A stretch of DNA of 33,331 nucleotides from NCBI RefSeq assembly GCF_001194135.2, contig NC_068997.1:43535956-43569286 (forward strand). The letters are read 5' to 3'. This DNA comes from Octopus bimaculoides (lineage: Eukaryota). A program made the translations under genes and the position numbers. Below, piece after piece: positions 33,150 to 33,331 of the stretch. The notes under the pieces are model-generated. The model was given only the letters and a program-made list of their open reading frames with translations, was not told where the DNA came from and made no database searches. Within the stretch, counting starts at the first letter, position 1; each line of letters starts with the position of its first letter.

Positions 33150-33331
33150 ATATAACCCAAACGGCATCTCATCTAAACTGACTCTCTCCCTAATTAGTTG
33201 GGCTATGACTCTCTCCGTGACCTTCATTACCTGATCCAACAACTTGATACCTCTGCAATTATTTGTATCTAAAGTGTCACCTTTACTTTTGTAGCAGTTC
33301 ACTATGGTGCTGTTACACCAGTCATTGGGTA
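33150..33331 (-). pseudogene. RTE LINE reverse transcriptase N-terminal fragment, running off the window edge
   Basis: IVNCYKSKGDTLDTNNCRGIKLLDQVMKVTERVIAQLIRERVSLDEMPFG resembles the RTE motif YKGKGDxxxxxNYRGIKLLxxxMKxxER...QFGF. The frame switches to SINE sequence at about 33150. Confidence 0.9.

Overview
AT-rich, repeat-dominated eukaryotic DNA that looks intergenic or intronic. The SINE families, RTE-type (GAT)n tails and dense (TA)n/(CA)n microsatellites match what I recognise from Octopus genomes; this is inferred from pattern recognition, not a database search. No intact protein-coding gene, tRNA, rRNA or CRISPR array is supported. Most ORF-track entries are translations of microsatellites, N gaps or SINEs. 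Fossil transposon coding fragments are recognisable: two hAT transposases, two mariners, three RTE LINE pieces, one BovB-like RTE C-terminus and one CR1/L2-like LINE. There are many tRNA-derived SINEs, some with clean TSDs, plus TTAA-flanked piggyBac-like MITEs and hAT MITEs. A non-autonomous element carries 66-70 bp tandem units ahead of an RTE-like 3' tail. Eight N gaps are mostly flanked by (TA)n, as expected for a short-read assembly. The best unexplained signals are three long inverted repeats (4698-4793, 10507-10675, 30473-30558), the structured tandem units with a partial HDV-like ribozyme resemblance, and a TE-poor island at 7.7-9.9 kb with a plausible minus-strand intron. I cannot claim a new biological system from sequence alone.
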